Assembly: GCA_951406725.2 (NCBI GenBank)
Contig: OX597817.1
Span: 118,048,001 to 118,112,000 of the forward strand
Length of the DNA stretch: 64,000 nt
DNA from: Octopus vulgaris
Taxonomy: Eukaryota
Reading direction: 5' to 3'
Position 1 is the first letter of the stretch. Every line of letters starts with the position of its first letter. The notes beneath the pieces are model-generated. The model saw only the letters and a program-made list of their open reading frames with translations. It was not told where the DNA came from and did not search any database. Positions 1 through 12,921 of this stretch are shown here, in pieces. The position numbers and the translations under genes were made by a program.

Positions 1-1499
1 GTTTCGATCAAAGGTGAATATTTGATCTATGTTTCATTATATCTGTTTATTAAATTCTTTCGCATATCTATATATACATGCTCCATTGTATAATGTATTC
101 CTCTGGGTCGCGCCTCTTATTAATCATATAATTTATTATACTTTGGTGTTTTGCCTCCCTTGTATGTAGACGTTATCTTCGAAATACATATTATTTACTG
201 GTTTCCAGTATTTTGATTGATCAGAAGAACATTTGGATAATTAAGAAAGGATTATGTTTATTTATATTATATTGAAATAAGAGACTATCATTGACCAAGT
301 AATACAAAAATAACTAAGCTGACATTTCAACAACTCGTTTCAAATATTATTTTTTGTGCGAATTATTTTCACTCATGCGATTTTGTAACTGTAATTATCA
401 TAAGTGTATTGCAATACCTACTCAACGAAAACATTATTGCTATTACAATTTTGAAATAAAGAGCATTTATATTTTCATGTGAGATTATTAATAGTTTCTT
501 TTGAGAAATGTTATCGTACAGACAAAGCGAAAGAAATACACTGGAAAATCAAACATAATTTTCATGAACTGAAATTTATAATTTTCTTGCTAATGCTGTG
601 TTATATATAATAACCTGAGCATAGTCTACATATAATTAATATCAAAATAATTCACGACACATATATGTACAATGGCCTGAAATAAAGCAGACAAGAATAA
701 TATTTTCTAATCTGGCTCATGGTCCGCACTTTTATGTAATGCTTAGTTGATTACGCATTTGACTAGTATTTTATTTTACCAATCCCGAAATCATTAAAGG
801 CAATATTAACTTTTGTGAGATTTGACCCTAGAAAATAACGTGTATAGAGAACGTCAATTAACAATTTCTGTCCGGGTCTCTAATTATTCTGCCAACTTAC
901 CGTTTTAAAGTTGATACTAATGATATTTTCTACTGTAAGCATGAAGACAGAGATTTTGTGAAAGAGAGATTCTCAAATCCACCACCGTAAAAGTTGACAG
1001 AAAGACACCAATGATAAGTCAACAAAGGAGCTTGTACATTGTCAGTCTGTCTGCTACAAATAGTAGCAAATCTCTCCCTGAAAATCATCTTAAATAAAAG
1101 CACTAAATAATGTAGTCATAAATACACATAGAAAGTCAGGATTGCCATGGGTATGATATCGCTGATAAAACGACTATTTCATTACATTAGTAAACAATTC
1201 CGAAAACCTTTTTATTCCCCTTGCTTTTTACAGTTAATCCTATCTAATTTGTTAGTACTGACTTCAGAAATACCTGCAATGAACGATTTTCTTACACAGC
1301 GATTCGCTTTTTGCAAAAAGCTGTCTATTTTAACCATTACGGAAATAAGAAACTAACACAAATCAAATACTGCTTTTTTTTTTAACAAGTATATTGTAGA
1401 AAATGTTTAATTACATACCTTAGGATAGATGTTTCCGTGAAACTAACGTTTCAACTACACAATGTGTAAAATTACGCTTTGCTGTTTTGCATGGTCTTG

Positions 1500-2115
1500 T
1501 ACCTCTTTGTAGACACCAGCCAGACACCAGTAGTAGTCAGCCATCATGTTTGTGTTCCTTTTCTACCTAGTCTCCATTGTCTTGATATATTGGAGGAATC
1601 TTTCTCTTTGTGTATCACTCATTGCACTAAGATTTTCAGAGAAGTACCTCAGATGACTATGCAGGTAAGGCACTTTTGAGCTCATGTCGCAGCCTAATGC
1701 TCGGAAACGGGTTCACAAGTTCTTCATAATTTGACGATTTCCTGTTTCTTAGCAAGTCGGACACAACCGCACATGCCAGACTTGGATAAACGATGTAACG
1801 CTTAGTCTTAGAAATGAAGCCAGATATATCAATCATGCAAAAGTGACAGTCATCATATTAATTGGTTTCCTCAACACTATGGAGATTCTAAAGCTTAGGT
1901 AATTTCTCTGGTCCCTTATCTACTGTCCCAGTGTTGTGATCCATGTTTTGCACACTATATGTCGTACCCAGGCTCTGTTGTGGCAAGGTAAGGTAAGATT
2001 TCTTCACAAAATATCTGATTTTGTTTTCCTGACTAAGTCAAATACAACATCCACAAATATAGAAGTCACGAAAGCTGTTTTCGCATTTTCGTCTCTCTTA
2101 CCTGGCGCCATTTTC
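1500..2115 (-). mobile_element. Degenerate, internally deleted Chapaev3-like (CMC) DNA transposase remnant
   Basis: Manual minus-strand translation gives 'AWVRHIVCKTW' (~1950-1975) and 'FRALGCDMSSKVPYLHSHLRYFSENLSAMSDTQRERFLQYIKTMETR' (~1565-1705). These resemble the WAPHxxCxxC and LGCNMSxKxHFLHSHLDxFPxNLGAVSDExGERFHQDIxxME motifs I recall for Chapaev3 transposases. Termini not located. Confidence 0.6.
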
Positions 2116-3282
2116 CTAGCAACAAAACATATATACATGCTAGTTGTTACCTGAGAAAAGCATTTATAGGATTGTCAAGATTACAAAGTAAGTAACTGCT
2201 GGTATGTGATGGTAAAGCTCCATAAAGGGAATACATACTATGAAGGTTTTCCTACCGTTCTTTGACTATGCTTGACAGAAGTGATATTGATTTATGTGAC
2301 CTGACACCTGCAAGAGTGCATTCGAAGTAGCGATTCTCATAAGAAATTGGTAAAGTTTCAACAAAATATATCCCTTCTGGTTTCCAATGATAGCCACACA
2401 ATGTCAAGTACAGCGGGCGCATATCTGCCAACAAATATAGCTAATACCACAAATATGAGACGTACATGATGTCGAGGATTACAAAAACATGCTGGTTGTA
2501 AAATCTTATAGTATAGAAGACATTTCTCTTATCAATCTAAGATTCAAAAGTGGTTAGGCTGAAAATAGTGACAGTGGCTCAGGATTGATGATTTGTTTTT
2601 CTTTTTAATTTACTGAAGATACTTATATAATGACATTTACTTTTACATTTGTAGTTGCATTTACTTTAAATTATGTGGAACAATTGTTAAGTCACAGTTA
2701 TATCAAGCTCCATATAAGGGTCTGCAATTGATTAAGCTAAATCTAGGCTTAGAAAGGTGACAATACCGGAAATGTTGAACAGTAGACATTTGAGCTTGGG
2801 AAAGGTCAGGACGGGATAGAGCAAAGAGGATTTCAATTTTGAAATCATCAATCCAACATTACTAGGAAACATGTCTCTAATATCAGTGAGCAAAAACGGT
2901 TTTGCCCAGTGTTATCGTTTTGGTGGAGCTAGAAAAAAGTAACAGAAACAAATCTAAGAGTACACGCAAGCTTCAGCCACCGATGCCAACATACAATAAT
3001 CACTGGTTTCACGTTTTTTATTTTCTTAATTCCAGGCTGCTCTTTCTAACGTAGTGTGTTGTATACTTGTCATGTAAAGATTGAAATGTTTCATATATTG
3101 GATATGCTCATAAAATTAAGTATTGTAATAACATATAATAGTAGTAAGATATATTCACATTCTCAAGGACTGCATGTAATTATTACACAGGAGTCTAAAA
3201 GTTATAATTAACACTACTATTACTATTACCACAAGCTGTCTTGAGTAATTTATTTTAAAATTTATTTATGAAAGCACACGCA

Positions 3283-3356
3283 CATACATAAAAACATACA
3301 TACATACATACATAAACACATACATACATACATACATACATACATACATACATACA
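3283..3356. repeat. (TACA)n microsatellite
   Basis: Directly visible. Confidence 0.95.
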
Positions 3357-4468
3357 CGTTCACAGACAGAGAGACCGTTACAAGGAGAATACACATGAAC
3401 TGCATGGCACCTTAGACATGTAAAATCAATACAGCATTTTTACGAAGAGAAAGAAAATAAAATGTAGGAAAATATGCCCTAGCAGTGTTTCTTATTTGTT
3501 GTATAGTGTTTTCAAAATTTTTGGAATATATTTCATATGCGTAAAGCTTCCAAATGTTTTTAAAGCAACATATAGTTTGACCAAGTATTACTTTTAATTG
3601 ATGGATGATATTAATGAGGAAATTTAATATAGTTGTACAACTCATGAATCAGGAAATTTTATATATTTATCATATCATTAATCAAATTAGGGCAATAATG
3701 TCAGTATAGCCTCAGGGTATTTTACTGCGAAATATAGTTATAAATAATTATCTTGCAATTTATTGCAATATATAAAAAGCCATGATGCAAAAACATTTTC
3801 AATATCCGTTAGGTACTGGATTCCCTTGCAAAATATAGTTGTAAAATATTTAATGTATTATATTTACGTACTATTTCTTGGTAATCAACACTTCTTAAAA
3901 AAACTATTTTCAATTAGTAGCACTTTCAAGAAAGTGCAAGAAAGAAAATAACATCGCGGTTATTGCGAACGATTCTTAACTAAAGGATGTGATAATTTGA
4001 AAACAATCAAATATTATTTGTCACAAAGATTATTTACTTGGTTACAGGCAATCTGATAATTGTTTACTGGTAAGAATATTAATATGGGTAAGTATCGCTT
4101 TTATTGGGGCTCATCCTTAATGTGTGGAATACTGAAGCATGCATATCGAAAATAGTTGTTACATATCGAAAATAGTTGCCAATCGTTATTGATCAGTGTA
4201 AATTCCATACATAAGCAATAAGGTTTAATAATTGCAGCGAGGACAGTAGTGTGGTAACTGGGAACTGTTTATGATTCTCGCAGAAAAGAGTGCGAATCCT
4301 TAAAGAAATCAGAAATGAATCTAATAACATTTATATACATGCTTAGTGTATCATCCAATTTTAGTTTACTGGTGAGGAGAAAGCTACAGCTATGTTTGAA
4401 TTTTATAGGACTTTGTCAAATGCATAAATCTATACAGAGGCTTTCTGTTATCAATTATTGACAGTTTC

Positions 4469-4689
4469 AAGCCTGCGAGCTGGCAAAAACGTTAGCACCC
4501 CGGGCATAATACTTAGCGACATTTTGACTGTCTTTACGTTCTAATTTCAAATTCCGCCTAGGTCGACCTTGCCTTTCATCCTTTCGGGGTCGATAAATTA
4601 AGTACCGGTTGCGTGCTGGGGTCGTTCTACTCGATTGTACCCCTTCCCCAAACTGTCGGGCATTGTGCCTAGAGTAGAAAAGAATTATT
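4469..4689 (+). mobile_element. SINE family A, copy 1 of a tandem pair
   Basis: gcgagctggca...gttagcac head, GTTCtAATT box-B-like motif, central ggtcgaccttgcctttcatcctttcggggtcgataaattaagtacc, tail tagagtagaaaagaattatt. Recurs at 4699, 44243, 44415 and 50403. Confidence 0.85.
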
Positions 4690-4698
4690 AATAGTTTC

Positions 4699-4920
4699 AA
4701 GGTAGCGAGCTAGGCAGAAAAGTTTAACACGGCGAGCGAAATACTTAGCGGTATTTCGCTTGTCTTTACATTCTAATTTCAAATTCCGCCCAGGTCGACC
4801 TTGCCTTTCATCCTTTCGGGGTCGATATATTAAGTACCGGTTGGGTGCTGGGGTCGATCTAATCGACTGGACCTTTCCCAGAACTTGTGGGCCTTCTATC
4901 TAGAGTAGAAAAGAATTATT
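4699..4920 (+). mobile_element. SINE family A, copy 2 of a tandem pair
   Basis: Colinear, diverged direct repeat of 4469-4689. Confidence 0.85.
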
Positions 4921-6399
4921 GACAGTCCCCCTACATATAGAAAAAGGGCTACAAATTATTTTAGCCAGAGTAATTGTACATACATAAATAATCAAATAGA
5001 GTAGAAAATAATTTAAAGTCAGTACTGGCACAATTTTAAATAGATAATTTAAAGGAATGACGTGCAAATGAAAGAAAATAATTCAAATTTCCTTCTTAGT
5101 TTTCAAAATTAAAAAAAATTAACGATGATTTTTAAGTGACGCTCACAAAAGGGGGAGCTAATCTGAAGATATTAAGTATCATTTTTAGAAAATTAATTTG
5201 AATATTCACGATTAAATCTTAAGTTTAGAATAGAATTTCATTTTTCTTTATAAATATCTATAAACATTTCATTTTGCTTTCAAACATTTTCCCAATAGGA
5301 AGTCCGGTGTGAAAGGAATTACTGTAAAGGATTCGTTTGATAGCATTTCGCAGTTTTAGTTTGAGATTGATAGAAAGAATTCGATTCAGGCAAAATCATA
5401 GATTGGTAAAGAAGTAGGATTTCATTTAGGTAGACATTAACTCTGAAACATGAAAACATCCATTTGGAAAAGAATTAAATCAATGCAAGTATAGTAATAT
5501 GTTTTGACTTATTAAAGTTGTATCTTTTCGTTTTGAGATACTTGTGTTATGCAAATGAAAATGCACAATTGGTATATCCTTCATCTTTTATATGGGATAT
5601 ATACAATTGTGTTTAATATACGATCTTGGTAAATGATGCATCTAAAACAACTTTCACATACGCAAATATTTCGATTTGTATGTTGAAATCAACTTGTTAA
5701 TAGTGTAGCATGAATAAGATTCTCACTCGTCCACAATAACGTTAAACCTTTTCCTTCTTTAAGTGTATAAATCAATGCCATGTTAATGTGATTGTAAAAC
5801 AACTTCTTATAATAGTGCCTAAAACATGTATATATAAACTTGTGTGTATGCATATGTCCATATACGTATGTATGAATAATACGATCTTTACTTTAATACC
5901 GTCCGTCGTCTATGTCCTATTTTTGGAAACCTTGCGCTGTTGCAAAAAGTTATTATGATCTCATAGTTGTGATTCAAGTGGACTTTGAACTTAGAAGTTA
6001 GTAGAGGAATTATTTCCTAGCTCAGAAAGAAATGCAATACTTGTGACAGATCTTGTGCTATGTTAGATATGCCAGCCCACCAGATATCTCCAGTGATGTT
6101 GAAACAAAGTATGAATAGAAACCATAGGAGTCCTAGTTGAAGAAAATGATATAATAATTATAGACACATATCAAACTAAGCCTCAAATTAATTCTTCTGA
6201 TATACCTTATCCACCTACACTATTCTCTGTATTGAAGTTTTGAATACAAATTGATATATGCACAATATAGACCTGCTCTTACAATCACTCATCCCTAACA
6301 CTAGAGATAAAACAATCCACTGGCTCTAAAACAAATTCTCCTTAAAGTTGTCCGAAATTGGTAACGTTTTAGGTGCTTTGGGGCCAACTACAACGGCCA

Positions 6400-7330
6400 A
6401 GAATTATTTGACAGCATAGAGTACATCGATCTTGAATCATATTCTCCCGCAGTTTTGTTCTTTACTAATGCTGGTAAATTCTTTAGATCTCTCTCTCTCT
6501 CTCACTCATCCCATATTGATCCTTCGTTACCACTATAGAACGTGGATCTTTCGAAACCTTTAACGCCTACACTATGTACATTCATTAATTGCATTTATAA
6601 CCAGTACGTAGTCACAGAAAACAGCTTTAGTGTCTTTTTGACCTTCTAGCGCAATATCTATCAAACTATTATGGGTTCATCTGTTGTCAATTCACATCTG
6701 GTCTTACATAAATTCAAAATGCGCACTTATATCCAAGAAAAATCCATAAATCAGACAATTAAGCTTTTTCTGATTCTGGAAGAATGTGAGATAAATAGTC
6801 GGTGCTCCGAAAGTTCTGTGCTACATAACATTTGAAACCCACACCCTTTGTCTACAAATGACCGGAAGAAGTTAGCGTGATAATTAAAACCATGCTGCAA
6901 AAGAAGTGACCCATACTCTATAAACATCAACAATCTGCATACATCGTCCAATGTGGTGCACTCTAAAATTTCAGATATAGAACATCATCTACACGGATCA
7001 AAACAAATGATCTATCTCCATACAATAGAAAATATTTACGCACAACTGCATCCCCTGGAAAAAAAAAAACATTACACGAATCCTGAAGATTCTTTATGAG
7101 CATTAGAGGCAACTTGAGGATACCCACCTCTCAATTTTAGCCGATTATTTCGATCTCTGTCGAAAAGTATCGAAACTATATAGTTTGCCAAAATGTATTA
7201 AAGTTATCAATATCAAACCTGGTACAAGTTGTACAATACTAAATAACTGATTATTGTCGAACTAATTAAAGTCGCATTGAGGGAAATGTATATTCTACGT
7301 GATAGTACATTTGTAGTCCAAATCACAGTG
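6400..7330 (+). mobile_element. Highly degenerate piggyBac-like transposase remnant
   Basis: Frameshifted peptides in piggyBac order: TIERGSFETF (cf. MSRxRF), PSSAISI (cf. SIDE), FKMRTYIQEKSINQTIKLFLI (cf. YxPxKPxKxGIK), YSININNLHTS (cf. LYxDNxYTS), TWYKLY (cf. KWYKK). Confidence 0.45.
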
Positions 7331-7955
7331 AGAAAACTTTGCCATCCAAAAAAAAAAAAAGAAAATTACTTAATACCGTTTTTTTATTTGCCGTTGCACT
7401 CTTTAGTTATAAAGGCATTATAACATCTGATGCAGGATCTGAATAAAACCAGATACCAATATTTATGTTGTAATGGACGGAAAAATATGTGAGATGTTTA
7501 TAATGGAGTGGATTCTCCCAACAACCATGCATCCTTTCTATCAAAGAGTAGAATTAGTATTTGTTATCCAGTAATCAATTGCTGAATCATTATATTATAT
7601 GATCTAATGGTTCTGCATATACTAATTCTGAAAAACTTGAATTTTACAAATAAGAAATTAAATTAATATAATGAAATGAGATCATGCTCTAAAAACCGTA
7701 ATGATTTATTAGATAATTGTAGATTTAATGGAAAAAAAGAAAATAATAGGCAAAATTTTTCATTGTGTTAGTCCTAACACATTATAAGCCTCACTTGTGC
7801 ATTGCATGTGAAACAACCGATAAAGTTGCTGCAGCAATCTGAACTGATCTCAATATTGAGTGAAATACGGATAGTAGCATCAGTAAGCGTATATTCATAT
7901 ATGTGAATACATATATATAAATATCGTATTAATACTGATATATGAATACAATATG

Positions 7956-8015
<60 letters not shown>

Positions 8016-8084
8016 GAATATATATATATATATATATATACATAAGTTCATACGTATATGTACATACATCTATACGTATATCTA

Positions 8085-8470
8085 TGAATATGTTAGCACA
8101 GGACGTCACGAAACGTGTACAGCAAAAAGTACGAAGTACGAGTACATGGAATATGAACTATTCTTTCGAACAACGAAACACACAAATGGAAACCAATATA
8201 AACAACATAAAGTACAACACGACATCAGTTTTTGGCAGTTTTCTAGTTTCGTATTTCCAGGAGTTAACAACAATAAACGCTTTCGATAAAACAGTTGCTC
8301 CCGCAAAGCAAATTAAATACAATTTGGAAATTTTTGCGAAGGGTGAACATTGGTAACCAAAACAGGACAGTGAAAACAAATAAGAAGGGCTCCTATGCCC
8401 CAAAGAGATTGTGGCGGTGAACCCGTAAACGCGTAAATCAAGCTTGCACAGCAGACATACAAGAACACGT
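8085..8470. mobile_element. Short non-coding repeat element next to a (TA)n tract
   Basis: Shares cacaggac... and gcaaattaaata...tggtaac.aaaacaggacagt blocks with 9691-10078; 5' part also at 16255-16360. Confidence 0.65.
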
Positions 8471-8818
8471 CTTCCTGCATGCATACATACATACATTGAG
8501 CGATTGATACAATATATGTAATTCTTTATGTACATATGCATATATTTATATATAAATATATATATGTGGCTACAATCCTGTATGTTTTCTATTGTATTGT
8601 GGTTTTCTTTCAATGGTGGGGTCCTGGGTTCCGACAACGAGAGAGCACTTTGAAATCAGTATTCAATATATACGTAATAAGAAGGAACTGCCGTTGGAGT
8701 ATAGTGTCGATATCACAGCATTTATACCTAAATCAACCTCATTTTCTAATTGGACCTCTTATTCCCTCTTCCTCTTTCTGTACAAATATACACACACATG
8801 AGTAGACACACATATGTA

Positions 8819-8855
<37 letters not shown>

Positions 8856-8857
<2 letters not shown>

Positions 8858-9511
8858 AAAAAAAGAAGTTCGAAAATGCTGCTATAGTACACAAATTTTT
8901 AATTTTTATATATACATTATAACATGTTTCGGTTCTTGAGAACCTTATCAAAAAAAGTTATATATAAAAAAAGATAGTTAATGCTATCAAATATAAAAAA
9001 TTCATTTATAATATACAATAGAGTCAGACATCAAAAGTTCATATATCGTGAAGTGAGTTCGTTCATGCTATATGTTTAGAGAGTATGATGTAGAGGTTCA
9101 TAGTGGTGATATGCATTCAATATAAAAAAATAGATCAAAATGGTGATATGCAGTCAATATAAAAAATTTAGATTTTACCTTGAGGAACTGTGATGACTTT
9201 TGGTCGGTGTTCGCTGGATCGTTCTGGTGAACCTTGTGAATTGTTTGGGTTTTATATCACCTGTTAGGTGGCCAGTCCAGCGTAACGTGACGTCATCAAC
9301 GTTTTGACCAATCGTTTCTTTAGGTGGCTTAGTCAAGTAGAACGGGACGTCATTAATATTCCGACCAATCCCGACCTATAGCTGTATTAGATCTGTCCCT
9401 TGTCTGTGTCCTGTTTTGACCAATCGTTTCGTCAGGTGGCTTAGTCAAGCAGAACGGGACGTCATCAATATTCTGACCAATCCCGACCTATAGCTGTATT
9501 AGATCTGCTCC

Positions 9512-9513
<2 letters not shown>
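8856..9513 (-). mobile_element. Solo 3' repeat (pLTR) fragment of the Penelope-like family at 27548-30963
   Basis: Colinear similarity to 27548-28230; (TA)n on both sides. Confidence 0.88.
8916..8956 (-). ncRNA. Candidate minimal hammerhead ribozyme, U3:A8 core variant
   Basis: Minus strand reads TTGATAA GGTTC tcaa GAACC GAAA CATG TT: perfect 5-bp stem II, palindromic loop III, weak stem I. Confidence 0.55.
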
Positions 9514-9559
<46 letters not shown>

Positions 9560-9690
9560 GTATTTAACAAATTAATAAATAAAACATATGCATATATACA
9601 TACGTATACGTACGTACCTACATCTACATGTATATATATACATGCATATATGTACGTACCTATATCTACATGTATATATACATGCATATA

Positions 9691-10078
9691 TGGGTACAGG
9701 ACACCACAAAAACGTCGAACACAATGAGAAACGAAAACATAAACACAAAACCAAGGAAAGGGACATTTTTCTTAAACAACGAAAAAATAGATTACAGGAC
9801 ATAGAACACAAGGAAAATTCCCCTTCTTCAGTCGCCTCTGTTTCATCTACTCCGCATTTTGAAGGTAAAGGCGAGACACGACTTCGTTGAAACATTCCTT
9901 CCCGCAAAAAGCAAATTAAATAAAATTTGAGATTTTTTTGTGGATGAGTAAAAATGGTAACAAAAACAGGACAGTAAAGACAAGCCCTCCTTGTCCGTGT
10001 TACTGTTATTCTCCTTGTCCTGTATTTTACTGTTTATATTTTGTACTGTCTTTACTGTCCTGTTTTTGTTACCATTTT
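9691..10078. mobile_element. (TA)n-anchored element ending in a perfect 32-bp inverted duplication
   Basis: aaaatggtaacaaaaacaggacagtaaagaca (~9951-9982) is the reverse complement of ~10047-10078; same family as 8085-8470. Confidence 0.75.
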
Positions 10079-10084
10079 GATCCT

Positions 10085-11143
10085 GTGGACCCCATTGGCC
10101 GCAAGAGATCTGGTTTTTTCTGGTGATAGTTGAGAGACGTCCCCCCAAGTGACACTCGTGCCTGCAGCCACGCCACATTAAAAAGAACTGCCCCCAGGAC
10201 CATGGTAAGTTCCTGCAAGAGTCACTGGATGCTACCTCCCCTACCCGGTCAAAGGGAGAGGTGGATGTGTTTGAGGAGGCTTAAGCCTCCTCAAACCAAA
10301 GGGGATTTAAAAGGAAGAAGGCGGGCGACAATGGTTGCCCGCCGAAGGACGCTAAGGCTTCGGGACGTGGGGGTGAGACTCCGGACAAAGCGGAAGAGCT
10401 CCATCCTCCCGAAGTCAGGAAGAAAAGAAAAAAAAGAAAGTAGAAGAACGGGTCATTGTAGGTGGAAGATGATGTACCATCTGCATATCCCGATGGTGTG
10501 CCACCCACGGTGGAAGAAACGAGCACCACACTTAAAGATGATGAATTAATTATATTTTTCTACAAGGACGGGGAGGTGAAAAATAGTAGAACATAAAGAG
10601 GCAGTAGATATGGCCTTCACACGGGATCCCGAATGGCCTCCGCAGATAGCTGTGGAGGTCATAAGGTTTCCCTTGTGGAAAAGGCTTAAATGATTTAGGG
10701 AGGGGTGTTACATATGGCCGGGTGGCCCTTACACTGCAATGACTTACATGTCCTACATGAGTGAGGCATGGAAAATGGCAGGATATAGGGACTCAAGTGG
10801 CATTGGAGATAATGACGGATATATTGATGGATATATCGATGAGTAGGAGATGAAAAAGCCTCGTTAGAGTGTTTGAAACATCATCTTATTGTATTATTTG
10901 CAGTGGTTTATAACCTCAAATGTGTTTAAAAAACATGTTAAGTAAGAGGTTTTAGTGCCTCCTTCTTGTAAGAGGTTTCAAACCTCATATTGATTTTTTA
11001 AATGAAGCAAGTATGTTTTCAAGAAAAATCCAATCGGCGGCTGTTCGGTTTCGTCTCTCATTTATTCATTTTATTTCATTTTCATTCATTGTGTTTGTCC
11101 AGCCCGCAGCTACTCTTTATGGCAAATAAAATGAATGAAATAA
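10085..11143 (+). mobile_element. Gag/ORF1-like (probably L1/Tx1-type) retroelement remnant with CCHC knuckle and poly(A)-signal-like 3' end
   Basis: GC-richer island. The frame at 10129 reads VERRPPK*HSCLQPRHIKKNCPQ, i.e. CX2CX4HX4C with the first Cys codon now TGA. Ends in aataaaatgaatgaaataaa. Confidence 0.55.
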
Positions 11144-11284
11144 AGTAGCTTGCTTACCAACCTCACGGTTCTGGGTTCAGTCCTACTGCGTGGCACCTTC
11201 GGCATGTGTCTTCTACTGTAGCATCGAGCCGACTAAGACCTTGTGAGTGGATTTGGTAGACGGAAACTGAAAGAAGCACTCGTA

Positions 11285-11347
<63 letters not shown>

Positions 11348-11348
<1 letters not shown>

Positions 11349-11506
11349 ATTTTTTTCTCTCCTTGCTTTTTTTGTGTCCCTATCTGGAGCGTAGGCTCGA
11401 AACGTAAAAGACCTTTTCTATTCCTGAGCGTTATAGTTATACATCTGTTTGTTTTGTACACCACCTCTCTTCGTCTTTTCTTTTTTCGTAAACTTTCCGT
11501 ATATAT

Positions 11507-11594
<88 letters not shown>

Positions 11595-11770
11595 GTATGT
11601 ATATATATATATATATACGGAAAGTTTACGAAAAAAGAAAAGACGAAGAGAGGTGGTGTACAAAACAAACAGATGTATAACTATAACGCTCAGGAATAGA
11701 AAAGGTCTTTTACGTTTCGAGCCTACGCTCCAGATAGGGACAAAAAAAAAGCAAGGAGAGAAAAAAATGT
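11348..11770. repeat. Inverted repeat with ~150-bp near-identical arms around a (TA)n/(TATG)n core
   Basis: 11348-11500 is the reverse complement of 11618-11770. Each arm has gagc-gtag-gctc GAAA CG TA, a hammerhead-like 3' half. Confidence 0.95.
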
Positions 11771-11833
<63 letters not shown>

Positions 11834-11834
11834 A

Positions 11835-12097
11835 AATTAATATGTCACCATTATTCAATAGCCAAGATAAAACTCTGATTTTCGGATGCCGAAGTGGAAA
11901 TCCACAGCAACATCTTTTCGGTTAGATGGCCACATAACCGAAGAGATGGTGTTGTGGATTTCCACTTCGGCATCCAAAACTCAGAGTTTTATCTTGGCTA
12001 TTGTATAATTGTAACATATTATTTTATAGATAAATTTTTTCTATTTACATAATATTGAGATCTCTTTCTTTCATTTGTTGTCTTACCGTTTTTACCA

Positions 12098-12098
<1 letters not shown>
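11835..12098 (+). mobile_element. Asymmetric fold-back element (~85-bp arms, ~11-nt loop, ~80-bp unique 3' extension)
   Basis: 11838-11923 is the reverse complement of 11935-12020; microsatellites on both sides. Confidence 0.9.
11934..11992 (+). ncRNA. Candidate hammerhead ribozyme (CCGAAGA core)
   Basis: ATAA CCGAAGA GATG..CATC C aAAA CTCAGAG TT TTAT; the opposite arm retains GAAA at the mutated position. Confidence 0.55.
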
Positions 12099-12159
<61 letters not shown>

Positions 12160-12921
12160 ATGTTTGTGTGTCGGTATTTGTCTCCCAACATCGCTTGACA
12201 TTGGATGTTGGTGTGTTTATATACCCGTAACTTAGCGGTTCGGCAAAAGAGACCGATAGAATAAGTACTAGGCTTACAAAGAATAAGTCCAGGGGTCGAT
12301 TTGCTCTTCTAAAGGCGGTGCTCCAGCATGGCCGCAGTCAAATGACTGAAATAAGTAAAAGAGTAAAAGATTAAGATTATTTGTACAAATTTGTTTTCAA
12401 ACGCAGCTTTTTGTTGCTGACCTATGCATCCTTTCCTAAATTCATACGAATAACCTCAAAGGCCTGACGCACCCGTACTCACATATAGACATATATTGAT
12501 ATAATGTACCTATATATATATATATATATATAAAATTACAAATTGAGATAGGGGCTGTGAGTGCAACCCACTATGGGATAACATGTATCCAATATACTGC
12601 TAGTAAAGCACCCAACAAAGTTAATACATAAATGTTAAGAATTGCGATGCAATTAGTTCATTCACTGTATTATATGGGCAAAGGTAAAATGTTTTACCAC
12701 AAATTAATAATACAAAATAAGAAAATGGAGAAATGCATCTTAATCAATAATCAACTACCAGATAATACCCAATCATATAATTTATTAAACCACTACATAT
12801 GAACATTAATGTCAAACATAATAATATAGAAGAAAACAAGGTACATCAATGAGTAATAAGATACCATAAGTACAGTATGTATAAGTGAATATAAATAAAT
12901 ACAAATATAAATATAAACTAC

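Larger units (their letters stand above)
11143..12370 (+). mobile_element. SINE family B (tRNA-derived), 5'-clipped, internal (TA)n invaded by two fold-back elements
   Basis: 5' half 11143-11290 (gggttcagtcc box B) and 3' half 12160-12370 (ggcggtgctccagcatggccgcagtcaaatgactgaaa tail) match the copy at 57260. Confidence 0.88.

Noticed and set aside
4142-4178. 17-bp tandem duplications (also 50165-50200)
   Set aside because: Ordinary local slippage with no further structure
10150-10152. TGA at the first Cys of the CCHC knuckle as selenocysteine
   Set aside because: The surrounding frame has other stops; a point mutation is simpler
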